The notes under the pieces: model-generated
Told to the model about the DNA's origin: nothing
The model's input: only the letters and a program-made list of their open reading frames with translations
The model's database searches: none
Made by a program: the position numbers and the translations under genes
Shown here: positions 1 to 14,400 of the stretch, one piece after another
Numbering within the stretch: the first letter of the stretch is position 1
Layout: each line of letters opens with the position of its first letter
Assembly (NCBI GenBank): GCA_002269645.1
Contig: NIVC01002240.1
Span: 62,001-126,000, forward strand
Direction of reading: 5' to 3'
DNA length: 64,000 bases
Source of the DNA: Macrostomum lignano
Lineage: Eukaryota

Positions 1-139
1 GCAAGGCTGGGAAGGCAGTGTAACTATGACAACCAACCTGTAAACCCGATGCTGCGACAGCCTACTTTAAAGCCAACGAAGCTGTTATAGTATTTTTGTG
101 TGACCTAATCTTCCTCTAGAAAGCAAAATTTCTGCTCAG

Positions 140-561
140 ATGCAGGCTAAGGTGAGTATTGTAACCTCAACATTGCTTGTAGTGAATTTTGGAGTAGTTC
201 AATAGATCCGAGAGTTAAACTGAGTTAGTTGTTTTCAAGCTTGGAATTTTTATTTTACCGTTGCGTTTTCATAACCAGATTCATATGGAATATTTCAGCT
301 TCTGGGATCTGCTGTCTGCTGGACAGTTCTTGTGGTTTCCTTCGGTACCAGCAGTCTAGTTTCCAGCTCAGCTGCCGTCAGCTTCCAGCAGCTCAAGGCT
401 TGTCCCGCAGAGTCGGTGGCCCAGTCCGATGGCGTCAACATCGAGTCGGGCAGCAGCCTGGCGCTTCGAATTGCCTGCTCAGCTGACAATGACGCGACCA
501 GCTGCCAAGAGCTGAGATGCACTCTGAGCTGCAAACTGAAGTCCAAGTGCGCCGCTGCACT
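140..561 (+). CDS. 5' part of a secreted Cys-containing protein (possible PAN/apple-like), coding exons 140-151 and 299-561, cut off at a transposon end
   Basis: ATG at 140, donor aag|gtgagt at 151/152, acceptor tttcag| at 298/299. The phase-0 join gives MQAKLLGSAVCWTVLVVSFGTSSLVSSSAA (signal-peptide-like) then ...SCQELRCTLSCKLKSKCAAA. The frame runs directly into the TIR at 562. Confidence 0.6.
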
Positions 562-1399
562 CCCGTTGAAAAATTATGGAAACATTTATAGGAACTTTTG
601 CCTATGAAAGTTACCAAAAAGTTACCATTCTCGCAGCCAATCGGAAGGCGTATGCGTTAGGAAACATTTACACACATAGCCAATCAGAGGGCCGGAATAT
701 GGTAACTTTTTGCAGAAAAGTTACCAAAAGTTACCATTTCAATTTTACACGTACGGGGATAGGGAGTTACCAAAAGTTGCCATTGATGTTTCCATTCGTT
801 TCTGTTGAGAAGCTCCCAAAAGTTCCCAAAAGTTGCCATTGATGTTTCCATTCGCTTCTGGTGAGAAGCTCCCAAAAGTTACCAAAAGTTACAATTGATG
901 GTTTAATTTGCCTATTGTAAGAAAATTGCTTAGGCTGACAATTTCCCATTGTAATAATTATTCACTTCTGATTAAAAGCAAATAGAAGTTAAGGTAAAAT
1001 TCTCTCAAGAGTTTTGAGTTTGGTAGTGGATCTGGGTAACAAAATGGGAGAAACAGTTTGTTAGGTGTGTATTTATAACACTGTAAATGCAAAAGATGCT
1101 GATTGGCTAGTAGTTTGTAGCAGTGAAAAAAGAAGGAAACAGCAGTATGAGAATGCAATATAACGACTTAACGTAACAGTGAAAAACATAAAAAGATTAC
1201 CAAAAGCACACTATACATAGTAAATGCAGTGTGAGTATTGATGAAGAGAAAGAACAACAATGTCATCCAAATTAAATTCAAACAAAAGTTAACGTGGAGC
1301 AAAAAATGTAAGGCAAAGGTAATCTAGTTGAATTTAAACAGTTTCAACAATGGAACAGCAATTCATTTAACAATTAAAAAAATATTTTGATTCCCGTAC

Positions 1400-3500
1400 A
1401 CTAATCCCGGCACATGTTTGACGCAGTTGCAATTAGTCGAAAACGAATAGCCGTAATGCTTATTAGCAGCAGCATACGAGTACACGGACTGGGGGATATT
1501 ACAAAAAAACTGTCTAGGTTTCGCGAACATTTCTCTTTGATCTCTTTGAGCTCCGAGAAGGTTGCTGCTTTGTTCGCTTCTCCCCTTTTTTTATTGTCCC
1601 GCCGCCACTTAGCGCACTCGTCTTGGTTGAGGAGGACTGATCGGTCCCGCCGCCACTTAGCGCACTCGTCTCGTCGGTTGAGGAGGACTGATCGGTCCCG
1701 CCGCCACTTAGCGCACTCGTCTTGGTTGAGGAGGACTGATCGGTCCCGCCGCCACTTAGCGCACTCGTCTCATCGGTTGAGGAGGACTGATCGGTCCCGC
1801 CGCCACTTAGCGCACTCGTCTCGTCGGTTGAGGAGGACTGATCGGTCCCGCCGCCACTTAGCGCACTCGTCTCGTCGGTTGAGGAGGACTGATCGGTGAT
1901 TTGTCAGTAGGTCCTGATGCAGCAGCCATTGGAGCCTGGCGCTTGCGTCGAAGATCATTGTACTGTTTAAAATACTCGCCTCGTTTAGTCTTCTGAAATG
2001 GAAATTTTGCATGCTAAATAATGGATGCCATACAAAGACTAATTTAATAAAATCCATCTTTTCACCTGTGCATCTCCAGAACATCATAAAGTAACCCAGG
2101 ATAACTGGTTTAATGGTGTTGACTTTAAAGAAAAATTATCTTCTCTTAACTAAATATATAAAACACAAAACTGTGTGCCTATCTGCTGTCTATGTAAAGG
2201 CTACAACAGGCAGACTACTATTATTTTATACAAAATTAACTGTACAGAATCTTAGAATTATGCGTCTAGAATATTGTAAAAATTGTAAAAAAAAGTCTTT
2301 ATGCATAAATATAAAAATAAATAGGATAAAATATCAGTACTTCAAGAATCCCAGGATCATTTTAAAGCATATTTAAATTTCATAACAATGCAAATCATAT
2401 TTTATGAAGACATTCTTGTATACAATTATAGACTAGTTCTTGCTTTACTAGAACTAAAGCTTCTTTCATAATATTTCTATCTAGAGCTTTAGTAAGTCTG
2501 GTTTTACCAATTCAAATCAGAGTTTTAATTGATAAAGACCTTTGTTTTATGACCTTCATACTCACATGACCATCTTATCACATATACACATTTGACCATC
2601 ACATGGAATTGTCCAGGTATTATAGGCCTAGTTTTAGCAGGCTAACAAGTAATGGCTGATCAAACTAGCTTAAAATTATATATGTGGAATTGCGTGTCCT
2701 GCAGTTTAGGCTACTGGTCTACTGGTTTCTTTTCAAATTGATTAATCTGAGCTCGGGAGACTCCGGGCTTAGATTAAGCTGGAAGATTTTTAGCTACCTT
2801 AAATTGAATGAATAGTCGTTACAATCTAGGCTACGTTGCTCTACTAATCTGCTATTACGTACTTTATTTGGTAGGTCGCTGCCACCAGACTAATGTCCCT
2901 TATAATTAATGTTAAATTAAAATAAGTGAGACAAGAGTCAATTTCATATAAGATTATTTAGATCAGACAAACAAAAGAAATATTATTAAACCAAATATGC
3001 AAAGAAAGTACACAATTAATCCCTATGCTAGCACTTCGGTAGACTCCGATTTCTTATTTAGATCAATGGTAGACTCCTTCTTAGCCTCCCTATTTTACCC
3101 TTTAGAATTTTATCCTTAACTTACCCTTGATTTCTTAAGCTTCTGTATTTAATTTTTTTTAAAGGGAGACTCCCTTATTTTTCTATTTTGATTTGAGATT
3201 TTGTCTCTATAAATATTGTCCTGATGGATGGTCCTGAATGGATGCTAGACTGATTGTCCCGAACGGATGCTTTTCCCGAGGCTAAACAGCCTTTTACTAA
3301 TAGAGGAACCCACTAATACTTGAATTCCCACAACTTAGATTACTTTCCCGAAGGCAAACTACTATCAGTAGTGTAAAAGCAAAACTGCTTATTCTCGATT
3401 TCAGAAAACTAAAATAATTATCTCGACGAATCAGAAACCTTGGCAAACGCCCTTAGCAAAACTGCTTGAACTAAACCCCCCTACTACATATGCATGTATA
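1400..3500 (-). pseudogene. Fossil coding region inside the CACTA-like element
   Basis: Hand translation gives long protein-like stretches broken mainly by TAA/TAG, e.g. SR*LF*FSEIENKQFCFYTTDSSLPSGK*SKLWEFKY*WVP and GEYFKQYNDLRRKRQAPMAAASGP. No family motif recognised. Confidence 0.45.
1597..1897. repeat. 51-bp tandem repeat, about 6 copies
   Basis: Unit cccgccgccacttagcgcactcgtctcgtcggttgaggaggactgatcggt. On the minus strand it reads PISPPQPTRRVR*VAAG, in frame with the fossil ORF. Confidence 0.9.
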
Positions 3501-4352
3501 CTAGAAAGTATCATAAAAATTGAATTTAACTACTATAGTGATATAGTACAAAGGACATGCTTAGTGGCAATGCCAAAAATATTGTAGGCCCTAATTATAA
3601 TTTTTTGACTATAATGCCATGCAGATAGGAAATTAACAAATTAAAGTTAAAATTAGTATTTATTCCTATAACCTGTTTGGTTTAGCTTGTTTTGTTTAAT
3701 GCAAAAAAATGATACAAATTTAATACATTAATATAGTGCTTCTGCTTAATTTCTGCTTAATTTTGACTGATTAAAATAACCTCAGTTGAAATATATTTTC
3801 ATACTCATTAAGTTCTAATACTTAATTTCCAAAATTGCAAATTGGCATATGAATGCACATTTTTTAATAAAAAGTTACTTAGCTATTTCTACTGATACAT
3901 GCAGTTCATTCATATCACAGTCTAATTTAGCTTGAATTTTTACAAAACATCTTTTCTGAGTGTGTAATAGAAAACATGGATTGTCATACCTGGTTAATAT
4001 GACATTATGATCAGGAATTGTATACTTGACAAATAAGAAATATTACCACTATGTCTAGTTCATGCCTACAATTATCAACCTACTTTAGCATAATTTACCT
4101 TAGCAAACAAGCAAAACTAGACGCTAACTAGCAATCTACGCCCCCCGTTGGGGAGCCAAAGAAATGCAATACACGTTTTTTTAATAAGCTACATGTATCC
4201 TTGAAATCTTAAAAAATCTCCTGTCAAACCTTGTAAGCCTTGACATGTCAGTAATTCCCCCCCCCACAAGCTTTAACATATCAACTTCCCCCCTTGACAT
4301 CTCAGCAATGCCCCCAATAAGCCTTGGAAATCTAAAAATATCTGTCAACCTT

Positions 4353-4397
4353 CTAACCCTAACCCTAGCCTAACCCTAACCCTAACCCTAACCCTAA
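4353..4397. repeat. Interstitial telomere-type (CCCTAA)n in Helitron A
   Basis: ctaaccctaaccctagcctaaccctaaccctaaccctaaccctaa. Confidence 0.9.
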
Positions 4398-5299
4398 AGC
4401 ATTGAAATTTCAGTAATTCTCTCTAAGAGTCATTATAGCACTACTACAGCATTATAGCGATTCCTTGCAAGCCTCAACATCGTAGGGATTCCCAAATGAA
4501 TCTCTTAACTTTGACATGAAGCTTCTTTTATTTTTTACATTACGCTTTTTTATCAGCGATCCCTCCCCTGAGGAGGCATCAAATAATGTAATAAAAAGTT
4601 TTCAATAAACTACATGTAGCTTCTGACTTTAGCCTTGAAATCTCATTTATACCCCCGTGAGCCTTGACATCTCAGCTATTCCCCCCGTAAGCCTTAACAT
4701 GTCAGCGATGGCCCCCATAAACCTTGAAATCTGAAAAATCCCCTGCTAACCTTGAAACCCGATAAAATATAACCCTCAACCCACACCTGACCTAAACCTA
4801 ACTTTAACCCAACCTAAAGCCTTGAAATCTCAGCAATTCTTCTCCCCTAAGCCTTGACATTTTAGTGATTCCTTCTTTAAGAATCACAGCACTATAACGA
4901 TTTCCACCTTGCTTTGACATCGTAGCAATTCCCAAATGAATCTTTTAACTTCGACATGACTTTTCTTTTATGTATACATAGTGCTACTTTTATTTTTTAC
5001 ATGACTCTTCTTCTATCAGCGCCCCCCCCCGTGACGAGCCAACAAAGAATGCAATAAAAAATGGAGTAAAGTACATGAACTTTGAAGTAGCTTCTGACTT
5101 TTGCTTTGACATCTCAGAAACCCCCCCCCCGTAATCTCAGTTATTCTCTGAGAGCCTTTACGTCTCAGTTTTTCTCCCCAGCAAAGCATTATAGTTGCAT
5201 TTAATTTTTACATGAACCCTTCATGTCTGACATGACGTTTCTTTTATTCTACCATGACGCTTCCTAATTTTTTAAATGACACTTTCATTAGTTTTAAAT

Positions 5300-8200
5300 G
5301 AGGCTTCTATGATTTTTTCTTGACGCTTCTATGATTTTTACATGATGCTTCTATGATTTTTATATGACGTTTCTATAATTGTTTACATGACGCTTCTATG
5401 ATTGTTTACATGACGCTTCTATGATTGCTTACATGACGCTTCTATGATTTTTTACATGACGCTTCTATGATTGTTTACATGACTCTTCTACGATTTTTTA
5501 CATGACGCTTCTATGATTGTTTACATGACGCTTCTACGATTTTTACATGACGCTTCTATGATTGTTTACATGACGCTTCTATGATTTTTAAATGACGCTT
5601 CTATGATTTTTACATGACGCTTCTATGATTTTTATATGACGTTTCTATGATTGTTTACATGACGCTTCTATGATTGTTTACATGACGCTTCTATGATTTT
5701 TTACATGGCGCTTCTATGATTTTTATATGACGCTTCTACGATTTTTTACATGACGCTTCTATGATTTTTTAAATGACGCTTCTATGATTTTTTACATGAC
5801 GCTTCTATGATTGTTTACATGACGCTTCTATGATTGTTTACATGACGCTTCTATGATTTTTTAAATGACGCTTCTATGATTGTTTACATGACGCTTCTGC
5901 GATTTTTATATGACGCTTCTATGATTTTTTAAATGACGCTTCTATGATTGTTTACATGACGCTTCTATGATTTTTTACATGACGCTTCTATGATTTTTTA
6001 CATGACGCTTCTATGATTGTTTACATGACGCTTCTATGATTGTTTACATGACGCTTCTACGATTTTTTACATGACGCTTCTATGATTGTTTACATGACGC
6101 TTCTACGATTTTTACATGACGCTTCTATGATTGTTTACATGACGCTTCTATGATTTATATGACGTTTCTATGATTGTTTACATGACGCTTCTATGATTTA
6201 TATGACGTTTCTATGATTGTTTACATGACGCTTCTATGATTGTTTACTTGACGCTTCTATGATTGCTTACATGACGCTTCTATGATTTTTTACATAACGC
6301 TTCTATGATTGTTTACATGACGCTTCTACGATTTTTTACATGACGCTTCTATGATTGTTTACATGACGCTTCTACGATTTTTTACATGACGCTTCTATGA
6401 TTGTTTACATGACGCTTCTATGATTGTTTACATGACGCTTCTATGATTGTTTACATGACGCTTCTACGATTTTTTACATGACGCTTCTATGTTTGTTTAC
6501 ATGACGCTTCTATGATTGTTTACATGACACTTCTATGATTTTTTACATGACGCTTCTATGATTGTTTACATGACGCTTCTATGATTGTTTACATGACGCT
6601 TCTATGATTGTTTACATGACGCTTCTATGATTTTTTACATGGCGCTTCTATGATTTTTATATGACGCTTCTACGATTTTTTACATGACGCTTCTATGATT
6701 TTTTAAATGACGCTTCTATGATTTTTTACATGACGCTTCTATGATTGTTTACATGACGCTTCTATGATTGTTTACATGACGCTTCTATGATTTTTTAAAT
6801 GACGCTTCTATGATTGTTTACATGACGCTTCTATGTTTGTTTACATGACGCTTCTATGATTGTTTACATGACACTTCTATGATTTTTTACATGACGCTTC
6901 TATGATTGTTTACATGACGCTTCTATGATTGTTTACATGACGCTTCTATGATTGTTTACATGACGCTTCTATGATTTTTTACATGGCGCTTCTATGATTT
7001 TTATATGACGCTTCTACGATTTTTTACATGACGCTTCTATGATTTTTTAAATGACGCTTCTATGATTTTTTACATGACGCTTCTATGATTGTTTACATGA
7101 CGCTTCTATGATTGTTTACATGACGCTTCTATGATTTTTTAAATGACGCTTCTATGATTGTTTACATGACGCTTCTGCGATTTTTACATGACGCTTCTAT
7201 GATTTTTTAAATGACGCTTCTATGATTGTTTACATGACGCTTCTATGATTTTTTACATGACGCTTCTATGATTTTTTAAATGACGCTTCTATGATTTTTA
7301 TATGACGCTTCTACGATTTTTTACATGACGCTTCTATGATTGTTTACATGACGCTTCTATGATTTTTTACTTGACGCTTCTATGATTGTTTACATGACGC
7401 TTCTACGATTTTTATATGACGCTTCTATGATTGTTTTTATGACGCTTCTATGATTTTTTACATGACGCTTCTATGATTGTTTACATGACGCTTCTATGAT
7501 TGTTTACATGACGCTTCTACGATTTTTATATGACGCTTCTATGATTTTTTAAAAGACGCTTCTACGATTTTTTAAATGACGCTTCTATGATTGTTTACAT
7601 GACGCTTCTATGATTTTTTACATGACGCTTCTATGATTTTTTACATGACGCTTCTATGATTGTTTACATGACGCTTCTATGATTGTTTACATGACGCTTC
7701 TACGATTTTTTACATGACGCTTCTATGATTGTTTACATGACGCTTCTACGATTTTTACATGACGCTTCTATGATTGTTTACATGACGCTTCTATGATTTA
7801 TATGACGTTTCTATGATTGTTTACATGACGCTTCTATGATTGTTTACTTGACGCTTCTATGATTGCTTACATGACGCTTCTATGATTTTTTACATAACGC
7901 TTCTATGATTGTTTACATGACGCTTCTACGATTTTTTACATGACGCTTCTATGATTGTTTACATGACGCTTCTACGATTTTTTACATGACGCTTCTATGA
8001 TTGTTTACATGACGCTTCTATGATTGTTTACATGACGCTTCTATGATTGTTTACATGACGCTTCTACGATTTTTTACATGACGCTTCTATGATTGTTTAC
8101 ATGACGCTTCTATGTTTGTTTACATGACGCTTCTATGATTGTTTACATGACACTTCTATGATTTTTTACATGACGCTTCTATGATTGTTTACATGACGCT

Positions 8201-9665
8201 TCTATGATTGTTTACATGACGCTTCTATGATTGTTTACATGACGCTTCTATGATTTTTTACATGGCGCTTCTATGATTTTTATATGACGCTTCTACGATT
8301 TTTTACATGACGCTTCTATGATTTTTTAAATGACGCTTCTATGATTTTTACATGACGCTTCTATGATTGTTTACATGACGCTTCTATGATTGTTTACATG
8401 ACGCTTCTATGATTTTTTAAATGACGCTTCTATGATTGTTTACATGACGCTTCTATGTTTGTTTACATGACGCTTCTATGATTGTTTACATGACACTTCT
8501 ATGATTTTTTACATGACGCTTCTATGATTGTTTACATGACGCTTCTATGATTGTTTACATGACGCTTCTATGATTGTTTACATGACGCTTCTATGATTTT
8601 TTACATGGCGCTTCTATGATTTTTATATGACGCTTCTACGATTTTTTACATGACGCTTCTATGATTTTTTAAATGACGCTTCTATGATTTTTTACATGAC
8701 GCTTCTATGATTGTTTACATGACGCTTCTATGATTGTTTACATGACGCTTCTATGATTTTTTAAATGACGCTTCTATGATTGTTTACATGACGCTTCTGC
8801 GATTTTTACATGACGCTTCTATGATTTTTTAAATGACGCTTCTATGATTGTTTACATGACGCTTCTATGATTTTTTACATGACGCTTCTATGATTTTTTA
8901 AATGACGCTTCTATGATTTTTATATGACGCTTCTACGATTTTTTACATGACGCTTCTATGATTGTTTACATGACGCTTCTATGATTTTTTACTTGACGCT
9001 TCTATGATTGTTTACATGACGCTTCTACGATTTTTATATGACGCTTCTATGATTGTTTTTATGACGCTTCTATGATTTTTTACATGACGCTTCTATGATT
9101 GTTTACATGACGCTTCTATGATTGTTTACATGACGCTTCTACGATTTTTATATGACGCTTCTATGATTTTTTAAAAGACGCTTCTACGATTTTTTAATGA
9201 CGCTTCTATGATTTTTTACATGACGCTTCTATGACTTTTTAAATGACGCATCTATGATTTTTATATGACGCTTCTATGATTTTTTACATGACGCTTCTAT
9301 GATTGTTTACATGACGCTTCTATGATTGTTTACATGACGCTTCTATGATTGTTTAAATGACGCTTCTATGATTTTTATATGACGCTTCTATGATTTTTTA
9401 CATGACGCTTCTATGATTGTTTACATGACGCTTCTATGATTGTTTAAATGACGCTTCTATGATTTTTTAATGACGCTTCTATGATTGTTTACATGACGCT
9501 TCTATGATTGTTTACATGACGCTTCTATGATTTTTTTAAATTACGCTTCTATGATTTTTTTTAGATAACGCTTCTATGATTTTTAAATGACGCTTCTACG
9601 ATTTTTTACATGACGCTTCTATGATTGTTTACATGACGCTTCTATGATTTTTACATGACGCTTCT
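5300..9665. repeat. 22-23 bp satellite array in Helitron A
   Basis: Unit ATGATT(G/T)TTTACATGACGCTTCT, about 4.4 kb, with higher-order blocks. Confidence 0.95.
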
Positions 9666-10484
9666 TTTTAAAAAGTCTTTTAGTTTTCCTGATGTTGAAA
9701 AGCTTTAATTAAAAAAATTATACTCTATGAAAATTCGAACCAATTTGAACCAAACTGCATTTAGCAGTTCAGTTTGTACACCTCTAGGCTAGCTCTCATC
9801 GTTTTGATATCATCAAATTTTTCACTTATATAATTCAACACTTTAAAATCCAAGCATAGAGTAAATTACACGAAGCAGTTATGACATAATCAGTTTCTCA
9901 GTCAGTCAGTATCAGTTAACAATATGGTTACGCAATTTAAATCAAGTCTGGTGCTACGCTTCCACACTGAGTTACAATTCAGTTATGATGCAATCTATTT
10001 CAGAATCAGAATTCAACCAGTCAGTTTTTTCTCTAGCATTCTTACAATGCATTTCAAGTCGAAAAGTTTGCTTGACCTTTGCAAAAAAGCATGTTTTTCG
10101 AATATTTAATGCCTTTAGCATCGAGCAATTTCTTAGCCACGATGCATGTACCGTCACGGGAAAATTTCTGATCGAACAGTGCAAGTTCGAAGAAAATCGG
10201 TCCAGCCATTTTTTCTCTAATCGATCACATAGACACAGACAGACCATTTTTAGTATATAGGACTAGCAATCTACGCCCCCCGTTGGGGAGCCAAAGAAAT
10301 GCAATACACGTTTTTTTAATAAGCTACATGTATCCTTGAAATCTTAAAAAATCTCCTGTCAAACCTTGTAAGCCTTGACATGTCAGTTATCCCCCTCACA
10401 AGCTTTAACATATCAACTTCCCCCCTTGACATCTCAGCAATGCCCCCAATAAGCCTTGGAAATCTAAAAATATCTGTCAACCTT

Positions 10485-10546
10485 CTAACCCTAACCCTAG
10501 CCTAACCCTAACCCTAACCCTAACCCTAACCCTAACCTAACCCTAA
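10485..10546. repeat. Interstitial (CCCTAA)n in Helitron B
   Basis: Same position as in unit A, with a longer run. Confidence 0.9.
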
Positions 10547-11449
10547 AGCATTGAAATTTCAGTAATTCTCCCTAAGAGTCATTATAGCACTACTACAGCA
10601 TTATAGCGATTCCTTGCAAGCCTCAACATCGTAGGGATTCCCAAATGAATCTCTTAACTTCGACATGAAGCTTCTTTTATTTTTTACATTACGCTTTTTT
10701 ATCAGCGATCCCTCCCCTGAGGAGGCATCAAATAATGTAATAAAAAGTTTTCAATAAACTACATGTAGCTTCTGACTTTAGCCTTGAAATCTCATTTATA
10801 CCCCCGTGAGCCTTGACATCTCAGCTATTCCCCCCGTAAGCCTTGACATGTCAGCAATGGCCCCCATAAACCTTGAAATCTAAAAAATCCCCTGTTAACC
10901 TTGAAACCCGATAAAATATAACCCTCAACCCACACCTGACCTAAACCTAACTTTAACCCAACCTAAAGCCTTGAAATCTCAGCAATTCTTCTCCCCTAAG
11001 CCTTAACATTTTAGTGATTCCTTCTTCAAGAATCACAGCACTATAACGATTTCCACCAAGCTTTGACATCGTAGCAATTCCCAAATGAATCTTTTAACTT
11101 CGACATGACTTTTCTTTTATGTATACATAGTGCTACTTTTATTTTTTACATGACTTTTCTTCTATCAGCGCCCCCCCCGTGACGAGCAAACAAAGAATGC
11201 AATAAAAAATGGAGTAAAGTGCATGAACTTTGAAGTAGCTTCTGACTTTTGCTTTGACATCTCAGAAACCCCCCCCCGTAATCTCAGTTATTCTCTGAGA
11301 GCCTTGACGTCTCAGTTTTTCTCCCCAGCACAGCATTATAGTTCCATTTAATTTTTACATGAACCCTTCATGTCTGACATGACGTTTCTTTTATTCTACC
11401 GTGACGCTTCCTAATTTTTTAAATGACACTTTCATTAGTTTTTAAATGA

Positions 11450-14400
11450 GGCTTCTATGATTTTTTCTTGACGCTTCTATGATTTTTACATGACGCTTCT
11501 ATGATTATTTACATGACGCTTCTATGATTGTTTACACGACGCTTCTATGATTTTTATATGACGTTTCTATGATTGTTTACATGACGCTTCTATGATTGTT
11601 TACATGACGCTTCTATGATTGTTTACATACGCTTCTATGATTTTTTCTTGACGCTTCTATGATTTTTACATGACGCTTCTATGATTTTTTACATGACGCT
11701 TCTATGATTGTTTACATGACGCTTCTATGATTTTTATATGACGTTCTATGATTGTTTACATGACGCTTCTATGATTGTTTACATGACGCTTCTATGATTG
11801 TTTACATACGCTTCTATGATTTTTTACATGACGCTTCTATGATTGTTTACATGACGCTTCTATGATTGTTTACATGACGCTTCTATGATTTTTTACATGA
11901 CGCTTCTATGATTTTTTACATGACGCTTCTATGATTGTTTGCATGACGCTTCTATGATTGTTTACATGACGCTTCTATGATTGTTTACATGACGCTCTAC
12001 GATTTTTTACATGACGCTTCTATGATTGTTTACATGACGCTTCTATGATTGTTTACATGACGCTTCTATGATTTTTACATGACGCTTCTATGATTTTTTA
12101 CATGACGCTTCTATGATTGTTTACATGACGCTTCTATGATTGTTTACATGACGCTTCTATGATTGTTTACATGACGCTTCTACGATTTTTTACATGACGC
12201 TTCTATGATTGTTTACATGACGCTTCTATGATTGTTTACATGACGCTTCTATGATTGTTTACATGACGCTTCTAAGATTTTTTACATGACGCTTCTATGA
12301 TTTTTTACATGACGCTTCTATGATTTTTTACATGACGCTTCTATGATTTTTACATGACGCTTCTATGATTTTTTACATGACGCTTCTATGATTTTTTACA
12401 TGACGCTTCTATGATTTTTACATGACGCTTCTATGATTTTTTACATGACGCTTCTATGACTGTTTACACAACGCTTCTATGATTTTTTAATGACGCTTCT
12501 ATGATTTTTATATAACGCTTCTACGATTTTTTACATGGCGCTTCTATGATTTTTTAAATGACGCTTCTATGATTGTTTACATGACGCTTCTATGATTGTT
12601 TACATGACGCTTCTATGATTGTTTACATGACGCTTCTATGATTTTTATATGACGTTTCTATGATTGTTTACATGACGCTTCTATGATTGTTTACATGACG
12701 CTTCTATGATTGTTTACATGACGCTTCTATGATTTTTTACATGACGCTTCTATGATTGTTTACATGACGCTTCTATGATTGTTTACATGACGCTTCTAAG
12801 ATTTTTTACATGACGCTTCTATGATTGTTTACATGACGCTTTATGATTTTTTACATGACGCTTCTAAGATTTTTTACATGACGCTTCTACGATTTTTTAC
12901 ATGACGCTTCTATGATTGTTTACATGACGCTTCTATGATTGTTTACATGACGCTTCTATGATTGTTTACATGACGCTTCTATGATTTTTTACATGACGCT
13001 TCTACGATTTTTTACATGACGCTTCTATGATTGTTTACATGACGCTTCTATGATTGTTTACATGACGCTTCTAAGATTTTTTACATGACGCTTCTACGAT
13101 TTTTTACATGACGCTTCTATGATTGTTTACATGACGCTTCTATGATTGTTTACATGACGCTTCTAAGATTTTTTACATGACGCTTCTACGATTTTTTACA
13201 TGACGCTTCTATGATTGTTTACATGACGCTTCTATGATTGTTTACATGACGCTTCTATGATTTTTACATGACGCTTTTATGATTTTTTAAAAATGACGCT
13301 TCTACGATTTTTTACATGACGCTTCTATGATTGTTTACATGACGCTTCTATGATTGTTTACATGACGCTTCTATGATTTTTACATGACGCTTCTATGATT
13401 GTTTACATGACGCTTCTATGATTGTTTACATGACGCTTTATGATTTTTACATGACGCTTCTATGATTGCTTCATGACGCTTCTATGATTGTTTACATGAC
13501 GCTTCTATGATTGTTTACATGACGCTTCTATGATTGTTTACATGACGTTCTATGATTGTTTACATGACGCTTCTATGATTGTTTACATGACGCTTCTATG
13601 ATTGTTTACATGACGCTTCTATGATTGTTTACATGACGCTTCTATGATTGTTTACATGACGCTTCTATGATTGTTTACATGACGCTTCTATGATTGTTTA
13701 CATGACGCTTCTATGATTTTTACATGACGCTTCTATGATTGCTTCATGACGCTTCTATGATTTTTACATGACGCTTCTATGATTTTTACATGACGCTTCT
13801 ATGATTGTTTACATGACGCTTCTATGATTGTTTCATGACGCTTCTATGATTGTTTACATGACGCTTCTATGATTGTTTACATGACGCTTCTATGATTGTT
13901 TACATGACGCTTCTATGATTGTTTACATGACGCTTCTATGATTTTTACATGACGCTTCTATGATTGTTTACATGACGCTTTATGATTTTTACATGACGCT
14001 TCTATGATTGTTTCATGACGCTTCTATGATTGTTTACATGACGCTTCTATGATTGTTTACATGACGCTTCTATGATTGTTTACATGACGCTTCTATGATT
14101 GTTTACATGACGCTTCTATGATTGTTTACATGACGCTTCTATGATTGTTTACATGACGCTTCTATGATTGTTTACATGACGCTTCTATGATTGTTTACAT
14201 GACGCTTCTATGATTGTTTACATGACGCTTCTATGATTGTTTACATGACGCTTCTATGATTTTTACATGACGCTTCTATGATTTTTACATGACGCTTCTA
14301 TGATTGTTTACATGACGCTTCTATGATTTTTACATGACGCTTCTATGATTTTTACATGACGCTTCTATGATTGTTTACATGACGCTTCTATGATTGTTTA

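Larger units (their letters stand above)
4128..10262 (-). mobile_element. Non-autonomous Helitron unit A (6.1 kb)
   Basis: On the minus strand it starts TCCTATATACTAAAA (10262) and ends with hairpin GCTCCCCAACGGGGGGC plus GTAGATTGCTAG (4128). The host base flanking the 3' end is T. The 5' region has an (acag)n microsatellite and an AAATCGGTCCAGCC-type motif. Confidence 0.85.
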
